The translations under genes and the position numbers were made by a program. The notes below the pieces were generated by a model. The model saw only the letters and a list, made by a program, of their open reading frames with translations, made no database searches and was not told the origin of the DNA. A stretch of DNA of 64,000 nt from Psilocybe cubensis (Eukaryota), in assembly GCA_017499595.2 (NCBI GenBank), contig CM039006.1:2294001-2358000 (forward strand). Direction: 5' to 3'. Below are positions 39,023-51,383 of this stretch, piece by piece; position 1 is the stretch's first letter; each line of letters starts with the position of its first letter.

Positions 39023-39941
39023 CTATTCTGCATCATTGACTCCTGCGATGTTGGCAAGGGCAGCTCGAACCCGAGCGCTTTCCCTCCTCCCCTCGACACG
39101 ACGATGTGCCTCCGCCCTATATTTCAGCTTCAACTTCAACACGCTATGAACTGGCCAACATTTATCGTAATCCCTGAGAACCGGCCAACGCCTAGTTGCC
39201 TACCACGTGTGTCAGCCTTGCTTTTGAGTAGTAAAACAAACTGGTAATTACCTCTTGACATATTGCTTCAATTTTTTCCTTTTTCTGAGATCTGTAGCTT
39301 TTACTCATATCCAGCGACCTCCTTGCTTCTCGGGTGATGTATCCCTACGGACAAAATCAAGGCATCAGTCAAGTATGGTGAGCCACTATTGATTTACATA
39401 CCACCATATCTCCTATATCTTCCTCAGACCAGTGGAAGTCGTCCCTCAGGACTGTCTGGATATTAAACCCACCACTTCCCCGACGGCCAGGTTCTCCCTT
39501 TGGCTTCTTATACATTTCGCCTCCTGGGACCGGCGAAGTCACGCGAGGATGAGAAGGCCCCGCCACTTGGAGGATCATAGCGGGATCAATGGGTTGCCCA
39601 GGATCGACCTGCACATGAGTTGCTGGTGTTGCAATTGAAGGCCCGATTGGAGGGACAGGTACGGTGTCCTGGCCTGAAGGTCCCTCTGCCTGTATGAGCT
39701 CTTCAGGCCCTGGAGCTGCGACGGATGATGGCTGTGGCGCGGCTCCACGCGGAATGGCGTGTCGCTGTAGCAGCTCTGGAGTCCATTGGATACGAGGGGT
39801 AATCTTAGGTAGAGGTTCTTGACTGGGTAAGAGGAATTCGATCCGGGGAGTGATGAGGGGGAGATGACGAATGTATTCGTGTGAAGGATGCGAGGATGAC
39901 ATGGTATATGTCGAGGAAAGATTGTGCGTTTTTCTTTTCAT
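39023..39941 (-). CDS. Three-exon hypothetical protein: Pro-rich N-terminus and KPKGEPGRRGSGGFN...W / YDKCWPV helical domain
   Basis: ORF 39369-39941 spliced to GYITREARRSLDMSKSYRSQKKEKIEAICQE and ATRRWPVLRDYDKCWPVHSVLKLKLKY...* via GT-AG introns with CTGA(C/T) branch sites. Confidence 0.7.
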
Positions 39942-40488
39942 TCACTATTTGTAGTTTCGTATTCGTCGCTCAATCATCCCCTTTGTTTATTCTATGTAAC
40001 GTCTCGCTCTTCCGCAGACACTCATCCTCAGTGTGCACGTCAAATCTCAGTGCACGTCAAATACGCACCAATTGTTTCGCAAAGTCGCTCTGCTAGTGTC
40101 AAAGATTGTTTGATCGATATCTTCTCACCGTAGGGGTAACCATTGATCGCTACCTATCATTCTTTCATCAATATCTATTTCAGGGAGGGCTCAAGAAAGC
40201 ATCATTTGTCTCTACAATGAGTGAAAACCCCAATGACAATATTATCAGACATTGAGCCTTAGTTATACTGAAAATGAGCCTTAGTTCCAATATGAATACG
40301 GTTTGGCGAAAACGTGACAAAAAGGCGACACGACTCAAAGGGAGATGTTATCTTTGACGAGTTATCTGTGACTCGTCAATGGCCAGTGCCAAGGGTGTCA
40401 CAATGACTTCCGGCGGCGCTGGCGGTAAAGTACTTAAAGAGCAGGAGTTATCACCAGTCGTAAACGATTCAAACCATCAGCACCCGCC

Positions 40489-42318
40489 ATGGCAAGTGTA
40501 AGCTTTGCATCCTGTAGTTGTCGCCCGCTGACATGTTCGATAGGAGAATTTCGCAATATTCAGAACATATAAGTTGCCATCCATTCTGCCTATCAACACT
40601 TTATTGTTCTCAGAGGACGCTAGACTCTTAATATCTGGCGGTGAGTCTTTTCCTATCGTCAGTGTTAGGTAATCTTTAATAAGAACAATATCATACTTAG
40701 GAGATGACGAGACGGTATATGTCTTGGACACAAAAACGGGGGAATGCATTCAAACTCTTGAGGATGACAACTGGGGACAAATCACCACAGTTGTCTGGGG
40801 ACAACAGGAGTTACCCAACAGAGAAAACGGCGTTGTGTTATGCATTGGCACGGGGAGAGGGTGTTTGGCGTTGGTTGCGCTAGACTATGATGCCACCAAA
40901 GTACTTCTCTTTCTCGTTTCAACTTCCTGTGTCCTTACATTCTGTATATCATTCCTTAGCCATTCCCAGTAGGCGCGAACACATCTCCTGTATTTGCGTT
41001 CAATGACTCTGTCGAGAAAATGGCTTTCGACAAGCTCAACAATCGATTAGCCGTCACAAGTCACTCCGGTGAGATCAAGGTTTTTGCAGTAAACAACAGT
41101 AAGTACTCTTGTCAATCGCCCTAGCACTCAAACCACACGAATATGGTACTCCTAGCTTCCTTGAGGTTATTGTGGGCCGATAATATTGGCAAAGTGATCA
41201 CCAGCGGCCTATTCTTTTTTGGGGGGTCGAATCAAAGCCTCTTGACCATCGGGTTGGAGACATCGGAAATGTGCGTTGATGTTTCTGTTTCCTTGCAATA
41301 TATTCACGAATTTCTACCACAGGAAGTGCCTCGATGCTTCAAAGAGAGGTCCGCCATTATGGACGAAACATTTGATTGGTGGGATGTACGTGCTACTTTA
41401 TGGAAACCCTCCATTATTTTGATAAATTTTTGAATATTTGACAGTGGAAGCGCGTCTCTGTCCAGCGATGAAACGTTGCTTCTTGTAGACAACCTTGCTA
41501 CCGGTAACTTCGACGTCTATCAGATCGCCGACAACTCCCCTCTTCGTTCCCTGCCAATAGGCTCGACCCGTCGATTTTCCAAGCAATGCGCCTTCTTTGA
41601 AGGTTCGAAAATAGCAGTTTGCGGCAGTGACACCAATAAAGTTTTCATTGTGGATGTCGCAAACAACTATGTTGTTCAGACACTGACAACATGTCGAGGT
41701 TCGACTTTTCGCTTACCTCCGCATTTCAGTTTATTAATTTGTGGACTTAGGTACTTACATGACACAAACGGTCTGTGTTACTCCATCGTCATCGCGCAAC
41801 GTCTTTGTCGCCGCCGCATGTCGTGGCTATGTATATATCTGGGAAAAATCAACTCCTCAAGTCCAGGTAAATGTTTGCGCAGATGACCCTCCCCCTTCGA
41901 GGTACCGTCGCGTTGGATCCGCTATTTTGCCTTACCTGGGATTTGCTGTCGCTGGTACTGTCGGCCATTGGTTACCACACGCCTGGAAGGTGAGCAGCTT
42001 ACAATCCTTTTGGCATTTGACAAACTAATGATATTCAAGTTGGGCCAAGACATAATCATGAAGACTGCTGATTATCTCATCCAGAATGGCGCAGATAGGA
42101 CGATGGAACTTCCAAGAGAAGCTGTTGACAAAATCTTCGAGATGGCGGCAGCGGCCTCGAGGGCTTTGGATATGTCGTCGGCACTGGTGTCGTCGAGGAC
42201 TCTCGACATGGCTGCTATTGCTACAACAACATACACGGCTGCTACTGCAACTGCTACGATGACATCCCCTTCTGCTACCTCTCTTTTTGACATGGCAGCA
42301 GCAGCGGCTGGCCATTAG
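40489..42318 (+). CDS. Multi-exon WD40-repeat protein with hydrophobic / Ala-Thr-rich C-terminus
   Basis: PINTLLFSEDARLLISG-GDDETVYVLDTKTGECIQTL, WGQITTVVW, VTSHSGEIKVF, LLVDNLATGNFDVY, AVCGSDTNKVFIVD, GYVYIWE; about 8 short introns. Confidence 0.8.
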
Positions 42319-42466
42319 AATCTGCATCTGCGTATCCTTCTAATTTGAAACGTGCCCTAGATTTCTTTTGTACATTTATGATATCGGATAATGACATTTT
42401 GCTGAGTAACCTGACTACATGCATCGAAGCTATGATCTACACAGTTTTCCATTATGTTCTCAGTGG

Positions 42467-45400
42467 TCAAAGAATTTGCCTATCTACAGGTCGGAGTCGG
42501 GATAAAGATACACATACAGCGACGTCTCTATCTTCCCATGGGATGATACATTTGGCAAAGTGTCCTTCTACAGCTGAAAAAGGAAGGACTTCGAGGATAT
42601 CTTGGACGTCGGTTCCCCATAGTTTGGCACGAAAATGAACCCACGGGATATAAGGATCGTATTTGACCCCCGCTTCTTGGTATCGATTAACCACAAACCA
42701 TATATCATCCCTAAGTACTTTTTTAGGAAACTTGAGGACATTCTTGATACGGTAGGGCACATTTGACGCATTGAGGACCCCGCTATTGCCTTCATGTACG
42801 TCCCAAGATGTATAAGATATCCGACCAACGCGATAACGGTTTGTATACATTGCCCGCGCGGGCACGGTTGTCACACCATACCGTAAAAATGCCCGAGTAA
42901 TGTCCATCTTTAACACCACCGCACGTCGATCATCGTATGGGATGGCTTCTTCTTGAAGATCTTCTTCGCTTTCCTCGTCGTCTGTCTCAGTGTCATCGTC
43001 AGCCTCAGCATTTGCGACATCGATTGTCTCTGCTTCTCCTGCGAGTATGTACCGTCCTTGGGGCATCACCAACTTGCGAAAGATCGGCCAACAGTCCCGA
43101 ATAGCTTGTGGACATCCTGGTCTTTGAAAAATTGCCATAAGTTTGGACCTTCTGTGCCAGGAAGTCGCAATTGTTTCCTCGTACTCGCCTACTATAGATC
43201 AGTAACCATGAAAGAGCAGGCAACAGGTAAAGCAAATTACCTTGCTTGTAATTTGTGGGAATTCTTTGCAGCATCCCAATCATACGTTCGAAGGGAAACG
43301 TCCACCAACCATGAACAGGCCCATATTCGATGATAAACTCCCTCATATGCATAGCCATATGATGATTAGGAACACACTGGTAGCTTGGAAACAGCCTTGA
43401 AAGCTCGGAACGGTATTGTACCATCAAATTCAGGTATTCATTGGCCATAGCTGGTGATGCGACCCGGGAAGTGATGACAGATATGGCCTCAAAAAGAAGC
43501 ATTGTGAGGCGCAAAAGTTCTCGACGTGTTTGGGCAGGTTTCGAATGGTCAATTCCCGACCATATTCGGATGAGGGTAACTGGGATGTAAAGTGCTGCCG
43601 CAATGCGCCATTGGTCTGATTTGAGTTTTCCACTCTTTGCGGACATCGACCAGGGTAACGACGAGACCCATGACGGTTTTACCATAGCTGCAATGTCTCG
43701 TCGGATGGATTTCATGTCTTCTGCTGTAAGTATCTTTCCCTGCTTGCCATCCACTTCTGAAGTAGCCTGGCTTGACTGTGACTGGCCGAAATTTTTAGTT
43801 GTTAGAAGAATTGAAAAATTTAACAACGTACGGATCTTTCTTTACGCTATTCACCGCGTATTAAACTATCAGATTGATGTTGAGGTAACGACGATGCAGA
43901 CGTACCCATTGAACAAGCATTTGGGCCAGATCTTCTTTCTTGACTCGCATCATACCATTTAACATGTCCCGGCCACGATTGGTGATGGTAGAGGGTATAC
44001 ACCCCAGATGTTTACCAACAAAAACAAGGGCTTCTGCTGCGGTCTTCTTTGCCAACTCGTTTGCTACGTCGGCATCTTCGATTGGAAGAGGCTCTGCCAA
44101 CCATTTTCTGATGATGCGTATTCCTTTTTGACCAGACTCTGAGGTTGGCAAAGGATTACTTTCATTGCCCTCAATGTTTTGTAATATAACGCTATCGCTC
44201 GATATAGGTGTTTGTTGTTTCTTCTTCTGCTTGGGTAAATCAGAACCGTCACCGAGAATGTGCTGAAAATGCTCTTTGATGAGTCCAAGAAAAAGGTTAT
44301 GCATCGGGTCTACAACAAGGCTCATGGTTGGCCGATAATAGGGCAATCGATGAAATTCTGACGTGCGCAATCCGGATTTGTCGAAAAGGCTTGCAGCGGC
44401 CTTTTCGGAGGGGGCTGCCTGGTATTTCCAGGCACCATCTCGACATTCGTCATCGGTGCGCCATGTCCATTTTTCATAATCGAAGTTGTTGAATGTATGC
44501 ACAGTTTTACTACACCAGCACATCGAACAGAAATATTCCTGATTGTATGAAGAAAATCCACCAGCCTTCCGTGCTGCAGGAAGATTGGCGATGATTGCAA
44601 GAAGAGCACAAAGAATAATGCGCCCCATAGCGTAAAGAGCGGTGCGCGTAAAAAAAACACCCACCCAAAACAGCAGGAAAGTGTCAACAATAGGGCGGAA
44701 GTATGGGTTTGCTGCTTCTAGACTGGGTTCATTGGGACCCGGAATAATACCCGCGAGAAAGATGTTTTCAGGTTTATATCGAGTAGTTATGGGAAGGTTG
44801 AGGCATGTTAATGCGATAACTCCAATTGAAATCTTCTTTCCAGCCGTAAGATTACGCAAAGGATTAAAGAAATCAAAGCCGAGTGAAAATAGATAACGTC
44901 CAGTAGTTTCATTTCCGGATACACCGAAAAATTTCTTATCGCATCCCTTGAAGTTACGGATGCTGGAAGACTGAAAAATATCGTCCATGCGCCCATTTTC
45001 TTGAACAGGTTCGAACGTTTTCTTCCAAGCACCGTCCATTGCTTCCTCGTATCCTCGATGCGATAACATGTCACCAAGCCAGTCCTGGAAATCGAATGAT
45101 AGGAAGGGTTTGATGGGTACATTAATGGTCTTATTGCTGTATCTCTTTGGCCGGACAAGAAGTTCCCCACAACGATTACCGAACTTCCGGGCATTGCATC
45201 GTTCGCGATAGGTAGAAATATCGTCCTCTAGGGTTGGCTTGTAGATTTCATTGCACTTTGGACAAGCGGCATACACGATGAACTTCGAATCAATGTCAAA
45301 ACGCTTGATTGCCGCTCGAACGTCTAGAGGAAACGAACGAAGAACTTGCTCGAGCCAACGAGGAAGGATTTTGTCGACAAAGATAGCCTCTCCCGTTCTT

Positions 45401-46300
45401 TGAGCGATATATTCGCACATGGAAAAGACAAAATAGCATCCACGTCGAGGAAACCTCAATATAGCGTAGCAAGAAACAACCATAAGGTTGATCATCTGCA
45501 TCGCGTCAATTATCCATGGGGGTAGCCAAGGCATACTGTATGCATAGGGAAGGAAGGGAAGGAAGTGGTGCCCTAGGGTCGATAGTTGATAAATAGTTCA
45601 TCGAATACAAAGTGAAAAATAAACATGCTCGCTCACTTGAATCGTATAAATTAGGTACGCTATCCTGAATAGAAACTCGCTGGCGAGATCTCTTCGTTTG
45701 CCTCTCCTTCCATGTTGCCTCTACACGGTCTACATCTTCATTAAGTCGCTCGATATTTTGGTGTGCATCATGTCGCAAAGATTTGATCGAGGCTTCCTTG
45801 CGCAAAGGACCGGATTTCGTAAAGTCTAAATCTCTCGATGCGTTGGAATTAAGAGCTCGTACTTCATGGCAAAGTTGAATTGCCTTATCAATTTCCCCAT
45901 TGCTGAAATATTTCTCTCCTGACAGGTCAATGGTGTTGATTTGTTGGGCACGAAGTCTGGTATTGTCTAGAATATCTGCAATCAGAGCCACGATTTTTTT
46001 CTTCTGTTCGTGCTTGTACTGCACTTCCTTTTCCTTGATCGTCTCGGTGTCCGGGTCCTGAACAGATAAAAGTTGCATTGCTTTCTCCAAGGTGGTTTCG
46101 ACCTTCTCCATGGCCCTTTGCTGCTCAAGGATCGCCCGTGATTCAAGATTCCTCTTCATCTGACCCACGCTTTCCTCGTGTTGGTGCTTTTTATATGTAG
46201 ATGGCGACAATTGAACACCTGGCTGTCCTGTGACAGGATCGCGTTTCGCGCCGCACCCATGCACAGTGCACAGGCAAAACTTGGCTTTCCAAACCGGCAT
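42467..46300 (-). CDS. CACTA/En-Spm (TnpD / Transposase_21-like) transposase, multi-exon; the second catalytic Asp appears as Asn
   Basis: CLCTVHGC N-terminal exon; CPKC..C..C; LGFDFFNP, CLNLP...ENIFLAGIIPGPNEP, ANLPAARK..GF..FCSMC, VDPMHNLFLG, KLKSDQWR, PNHHMAMH..YGPVHGWWTFPFERMIG. Confidence 0.9.
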
Positions 46301-46831
46301 AGGTCTGTCGAATCAACCAGAATATCGATATCGATGTGGTAACGGTTAAGCAATGATAAGAGAAATTTTACCACATGAGAAATTATTATGCGATCACGCA
46401 GCTGCAGCTGCAGCGGAGGCAATGACCCGGAGGAACTCGATAAGGTGATGTCGCCGAAACGCCGAGGCATAACAAAGGGACTGAGCGATGAAAGACTAGC
46501 GTTTTCTTTTAAAGCGCTTGTTCAGGAACTTTCTTCATTACCCTCACCTTCCAAACACCCAGCACAACTGAGTCTAGTCGTCCAACTAAACTATGTCTCA
46601 ACCTTCCAGGAGTCGTAGTAACAGCAAATCATCTGTAACAGGGGCTACCCCAATATATACCGCGATGCTTTCCCGCGAACACTATATAAAGGCTGTTAGC
46701 GCGAGATCAAGAAAGAACGCAGGGGTAAGTTGTCTAAGGATTGATTGAGGCGCATTTTTCAATGATACATTACCTTCTGTAAGAAGTCTGCTTCGAGGCA
46801 ACGCCGGTCTCCTGAAGCAGGGGACGCTAGC

Positions 46832-48152
46832 ATGGTGGCAGGGCCATCGAGATTCCAGGAAGTTGATGATGACGACATGGACCAATCCTTTGAATCCAAT
46901 TCAACTGCGTTAGTCACCAACACCTTGACGTCCAACAAAACCCAGGCTGCGGTGCGCTTGAGTATAATGATTTATGTATTTCAATCTGACAGTACATACT
47001 TTCACCAGGGGAGTATTCAAAGGGCCTACACGGCCCCAATGGTCTCGTCCTTTGCCAAGAACCGTGAGGTTTCCACCGAAGGTCCATCGACAGAGATTGC
47101 GAATGTGTCGGTGGATGCTGGGAGAGACAATCTTATGACCAGACGTCCTCCTATACAGGTGGCCAACGTGAATGCTATATTAGCCATACTCCCAGGCCGG
47201 AATGAATTGTTTCCCGCCGTTCAACATAACCGATCTATTGCCAATGGATCGTATGCAGCATCCACCAATGTCCAGAATGATCGAGGCATAACCAATCAAC
47301 AAAGCGGAGTGGATGCTGGGATAGACCAAGTGATCATTAGTCAAGTACGCCACGATCATACGCCGTCGACTTTAGCACTAATCAACTACTTTCGATGAAC
47401 AGGATGAATATGACAGGCTGAAGTCCACTTCAAATGCTGCAAGGTTGAGAAGTGATGATATAATAGCGACCGTAAGAATAATGAAATGATTCATAAGGCA
47501 GCGACTTACATCTGCATCCATTTTCCAGGTTAGAGAAGTTCAAGCCGACAGGGAGCGCATTGCCGCCCTTGAGCGAGGTCTAACCGAGCAGGGAGAGACG
47601 TTTAAATGGGTTAGTTTGGTTTCTTCCCTCACATAACCTTATGACGTTTATCCGAGACCGTCACACTTTTTAAACAATTATATTATAGGAAATTGACAAA
47701 GCGAGCAAGATGTATACTGAGCTCTTGAAGGAGAAGGTGGCCCAGGAAAACCTGTACCTTGAAACGAAGAGGGTAAATTTACAATATGACCGATATCGAT
47801 AATGTTAATGACAAATTTAAATAGGAAAATGACAGGTTGAAGGAGCTGGAAGAGACAGTACTTGGATTCGCAAAATGCACAATTTGCTATGAATTTATGG
47901 AGCAAATTTGCGTGTAAGCCTTTTCGAGAACTGTGTTTACAGATCAAAGTGACCTCAGAACATTATCACAGCTTTGCTTGTGGTCATGTTTGCTGCAACG
48001 ATTGCAGGACAAAGCTTGAGTTATTTGACACACTGAGGTGCTGCTTTGTATGCCGCACATTTGTTCCAGATGAACAACCCCTCTCGCGTTACCATCCCCT
48101 CAGCCAGATTCTGTCCAATGTAAAGGATAAGGCTAATGCAGAGGGTGTTTAG
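46832..48152 (+). CDS. Multi-exon protein with coiled coil and C-terminal C3HC4 RING finger
   Basis: Spliced KCTICYEFMEQIC-V-FACGHVCCNDCR...RCCFVCR gives the full C-C-C-H-C-C-C-C pattern. Confidence 0.75.
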
Positions 48153-48296
48153 AGTAATCCTACTCCCTCTGCACGCTGCAGCTTCTGTTCGAGGTGATCA
48201 TATAAGTATATAGCAAATGAAGAATGTCATGTTTCATACCAGAATTTATATTATCTTCACAAGACGAGGTGATGGTAGAGAAATACCAAAAACAGG

Positions 48297-51200
48297 TCAC
48301 AGTATCTTTTTCTTGTACTGGTCTTTTAACTGAGTCATAACATTGGAGTTGAGGTCTCTGTCTTTCTTGGACTCGGGAACTGAACACAGGAAATCCGTGC
48401 TGAGTATAAATCGCTCGCCAGTTAAAACGTCTACACGATCTTTAGATCGGGTGACTACAGCGACCAAGACAGTTGGATTATCCGAGGTGCCTTCATGATG
48501 AATGCGACGAACGAATTTCCCGCAATGTTCCCCCTTGATAACCACTAGAGGCCCATTGTCATGTATTCGATTTGCATACTTCGGAGTGACCCAAGCGGGG
48601 TCCACCATAGTCCATGAACTGTACTTTTTGCACCTGAGTACGAGGTTGTTTGCATCCCAAACCGTTGAGGCGACTAATGTTTTATTGCTGAACTGTCCGC
48701 CGTTGACTACCACATTCAGGCTGATGTCCACCAGTTTGGGGTTTAAGAGAACATGTTCGCACACAGAAGAGGAAGTCGTATGACAGTTTGTTTCAGATGA
48801 GGAGGAAACAGATGTAGAGACGTCTGATAACGCAAGACTTGTTGGCGAATGAGCAGTTGGGTCAGGTGTCCTTGAGGAGGGGTCCCAAGCTGGAGTGATA
48901 GATTGCGGTGTACCGATGGGTGTCCTTGAGGAAGGATCCCAGGCTGGAGTTGCAGTGGGTTCTGAGTACATCGGTGTGCCGCTCACTGACGCAATCGTTT
49001 GCGGTACGCCAGGGAGAACGCGGACGTGCTTCATGGAAGACTTAGGTATAGGACGGAAAAATTTTGGCCCAGGATCAAGGAAAAGAACGAGCTCATTGAA
49101 CGTCCTTGCGTACAAGTTAGACAGAGGGTACATGCAATGACAACACACTTACGAAAGTTCGACGACATCGTCATAGTCCACAACGATTGTTTGGAACGGT
49201 GCAAAGGGATTAAAACGGGTGAGTTGAATAACGAGCTGCAGTCCGGCGTTGTCTGTATGATGAAGGACGTCTTTGATTTGTCCAGTCTCACCCTTGCGTG
49301 GGTGAAGATGCTTCTGTATAATGACCTCTAAACCAGTCCATGGGTGTCTTAAAAACTTGGTGTGGACTGGGTCTGACTCCGACAATAATGTCACATCGAC
49401 AAGAGGTAGGGGCTCAGTAAATGAAGTGTCCAAGAGATTGACGTGTACCGCAAAATGCTGTTGAAAGGTATAGCCACGTTAAGAGAAAAACCGGTGAATA
49501 TGTCAAGCTGCAAATTTACTCACTTCCACAATCTCAACCTTGTTATCATCTCCTACCCCAGAATTAAACTGGTTAGATGCTGCTGTTGTACTGACCACAG
49601 CGCCCTGGTTGTACGACTCCTGAGCTGCTGTTGGTTTTCCTACTCCTGTGACACACGAACTCCCTCCCGGCATCGACATTTCTTCTTCATCTGACGTTGC
49701 TGCTGATTCATCCAAAGTTAGAGCGATATCCGAATGCACCATTATACCCCCTGGCATCATTTGCGCTTCTACCGCCGTCCCCAGATCTGTCTCCGCCGAA
49801 CCTTTTCTCAGATCATCGTTCCCTGTCGGCACGGGATATTGTTCTTTTCCGTTGGTGGGCGTCGAAGATGTTTCAGCATTTGTTTCCACAATGGAAATGC
49901 GACCATGCACCGAACTTTTCGTTATTAGTGCATGGTCTCCATGGATTCCAACGACCCAACCTCTGTGATCGAAATAGGGGCCGCTCACAACTCGAACGAA
50001 TTGCCCGATTTTTGGTGACTTGAGAATGTCTAGCCATGTTCCCCTAACACTGTAGCGGATTTCACGTTCACCTTCGATTGTTGATTGTTCTGCTTCAACG
50101 TCGTATGTGTCCAGCTTTTTCAGCACTGCAGGTTCCCACTTTGCAGACCGATTCGCAACGTCGGGTGTACGAAAAAGAACCTCCTCTTCCAGTCCTAAGC
50201 ACCATTCCCGAGGACGTGGCATACGCGCTCGCATTATGTCGGGATGATTGGTGCTCCTAAACATGGAGAAGTGGGAATACGGAATATCCATGACGGAATT
50301 TGCGATGGAGGTATAGTCGAAATCCTTTTCCAACAGTCCATGGTCAAACTTGAGAAGTCCAAGCGTGTATGATCCATCCGCATTGCGAATAATGGGAGTA
50401 GAAATGAGTTTGCGGGCTTCTTCAGGGTCGAAAAGTTTTGCTGGGGGTACTAGTACCGATGACTTTCTCTTTTGTGACTTTGCAGATTGCGAATTTAGCC
50501 GAGGAATGAGAAGAACCTGAGCGCCCCAGGAAAAAGTCGCTGAAATCAGTCCAACGTCTCCTTTGTATATGCCTTTCTTAACCAAAACCCAGGTCCCAAC
50601 CTCAAAATCCTTCTTGACATCCCTCATCGTAAGAAGTTCGTGCTGATGGTTCCGATCCACTATTTCGCGCTTGACTCCAAGGTGGTTACGAAGAATTCCG
50701 GGCGTGGACAAGAGCAGATTCACGAGGGCTGGATCCATGATACCTTCAACGTAGATACTTCCGCGTATAGAGCCGCGAGTAAATGCGGAACGAATATGGT
50801 GGATCTCCCTTGCGGTCTGGAGAAGGGATAGGACAGCTGCATCCTCAGAGCCGATCTGCAAAAGTTGATAGAAAAATAATCAAGGGATAGGTATTCAGAC
50901 TTACCCGACATCCAACCCTCCAGAGAGGATAGTCATTCTCAAGCGGAAGACGCGCAATCTTCTCCTGGAGCATGGTTATCCTATCTTCCTCCTCCAAACG
51001 TATAACCGGACGTGGTTGACGAGGGCCCTTTGCTTGAGCCTCCAGGCGAGCCAGTAGTTGGTTAAATGAATCCTCCTCGCTGTCATCTTCTGGCCTATGG
51101 AACGCCATAGAGCCTATGTGATCTTCCCCGTCCACTTCCGCTCCGTCGTTAATGAAGGCATCTGTAAAGACAGTCAAATCAAGTCTATCGCAACATTCTG

Positions 51201-51383
51201 GACAGCTCGCCTTCAAGGTCCCGTTCTGCAGACGTAAGCTGCTCATCGTCAGAAAGCTCTCCATCATCAGCTACCTGTGCCTCCGTGTCCAGAAATTGGC
51301 GGACGTTCCTCATAACCTAGGGAGAAAAAATCATGAGTATCAAGATGCTTTGAACAGAAATCAAGCAAGCCTACCCGCTTCAT
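48297..51383 (-). CDS. SPT5: Spt5-like transcription elongation factor paralogue (acidic N-terminus, NGN, several KOW, TPAW CTR repeats)
   Basis: FLDTEAQV..FIND; PLWRVGCR-IGSE..SAFTRGSIRGSIYVEG; VGTWVLVKKGIYKGDVGLI..LIPRL..PPAKLFDP; IGQFVRVVSGPY; WTGLEVII..RKGETGQIKDV; TPAWDPSSRTP x2; LVVIKGEHCGK. A paralogue, not necessarily the host orthologue. Confidence 0.85.
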
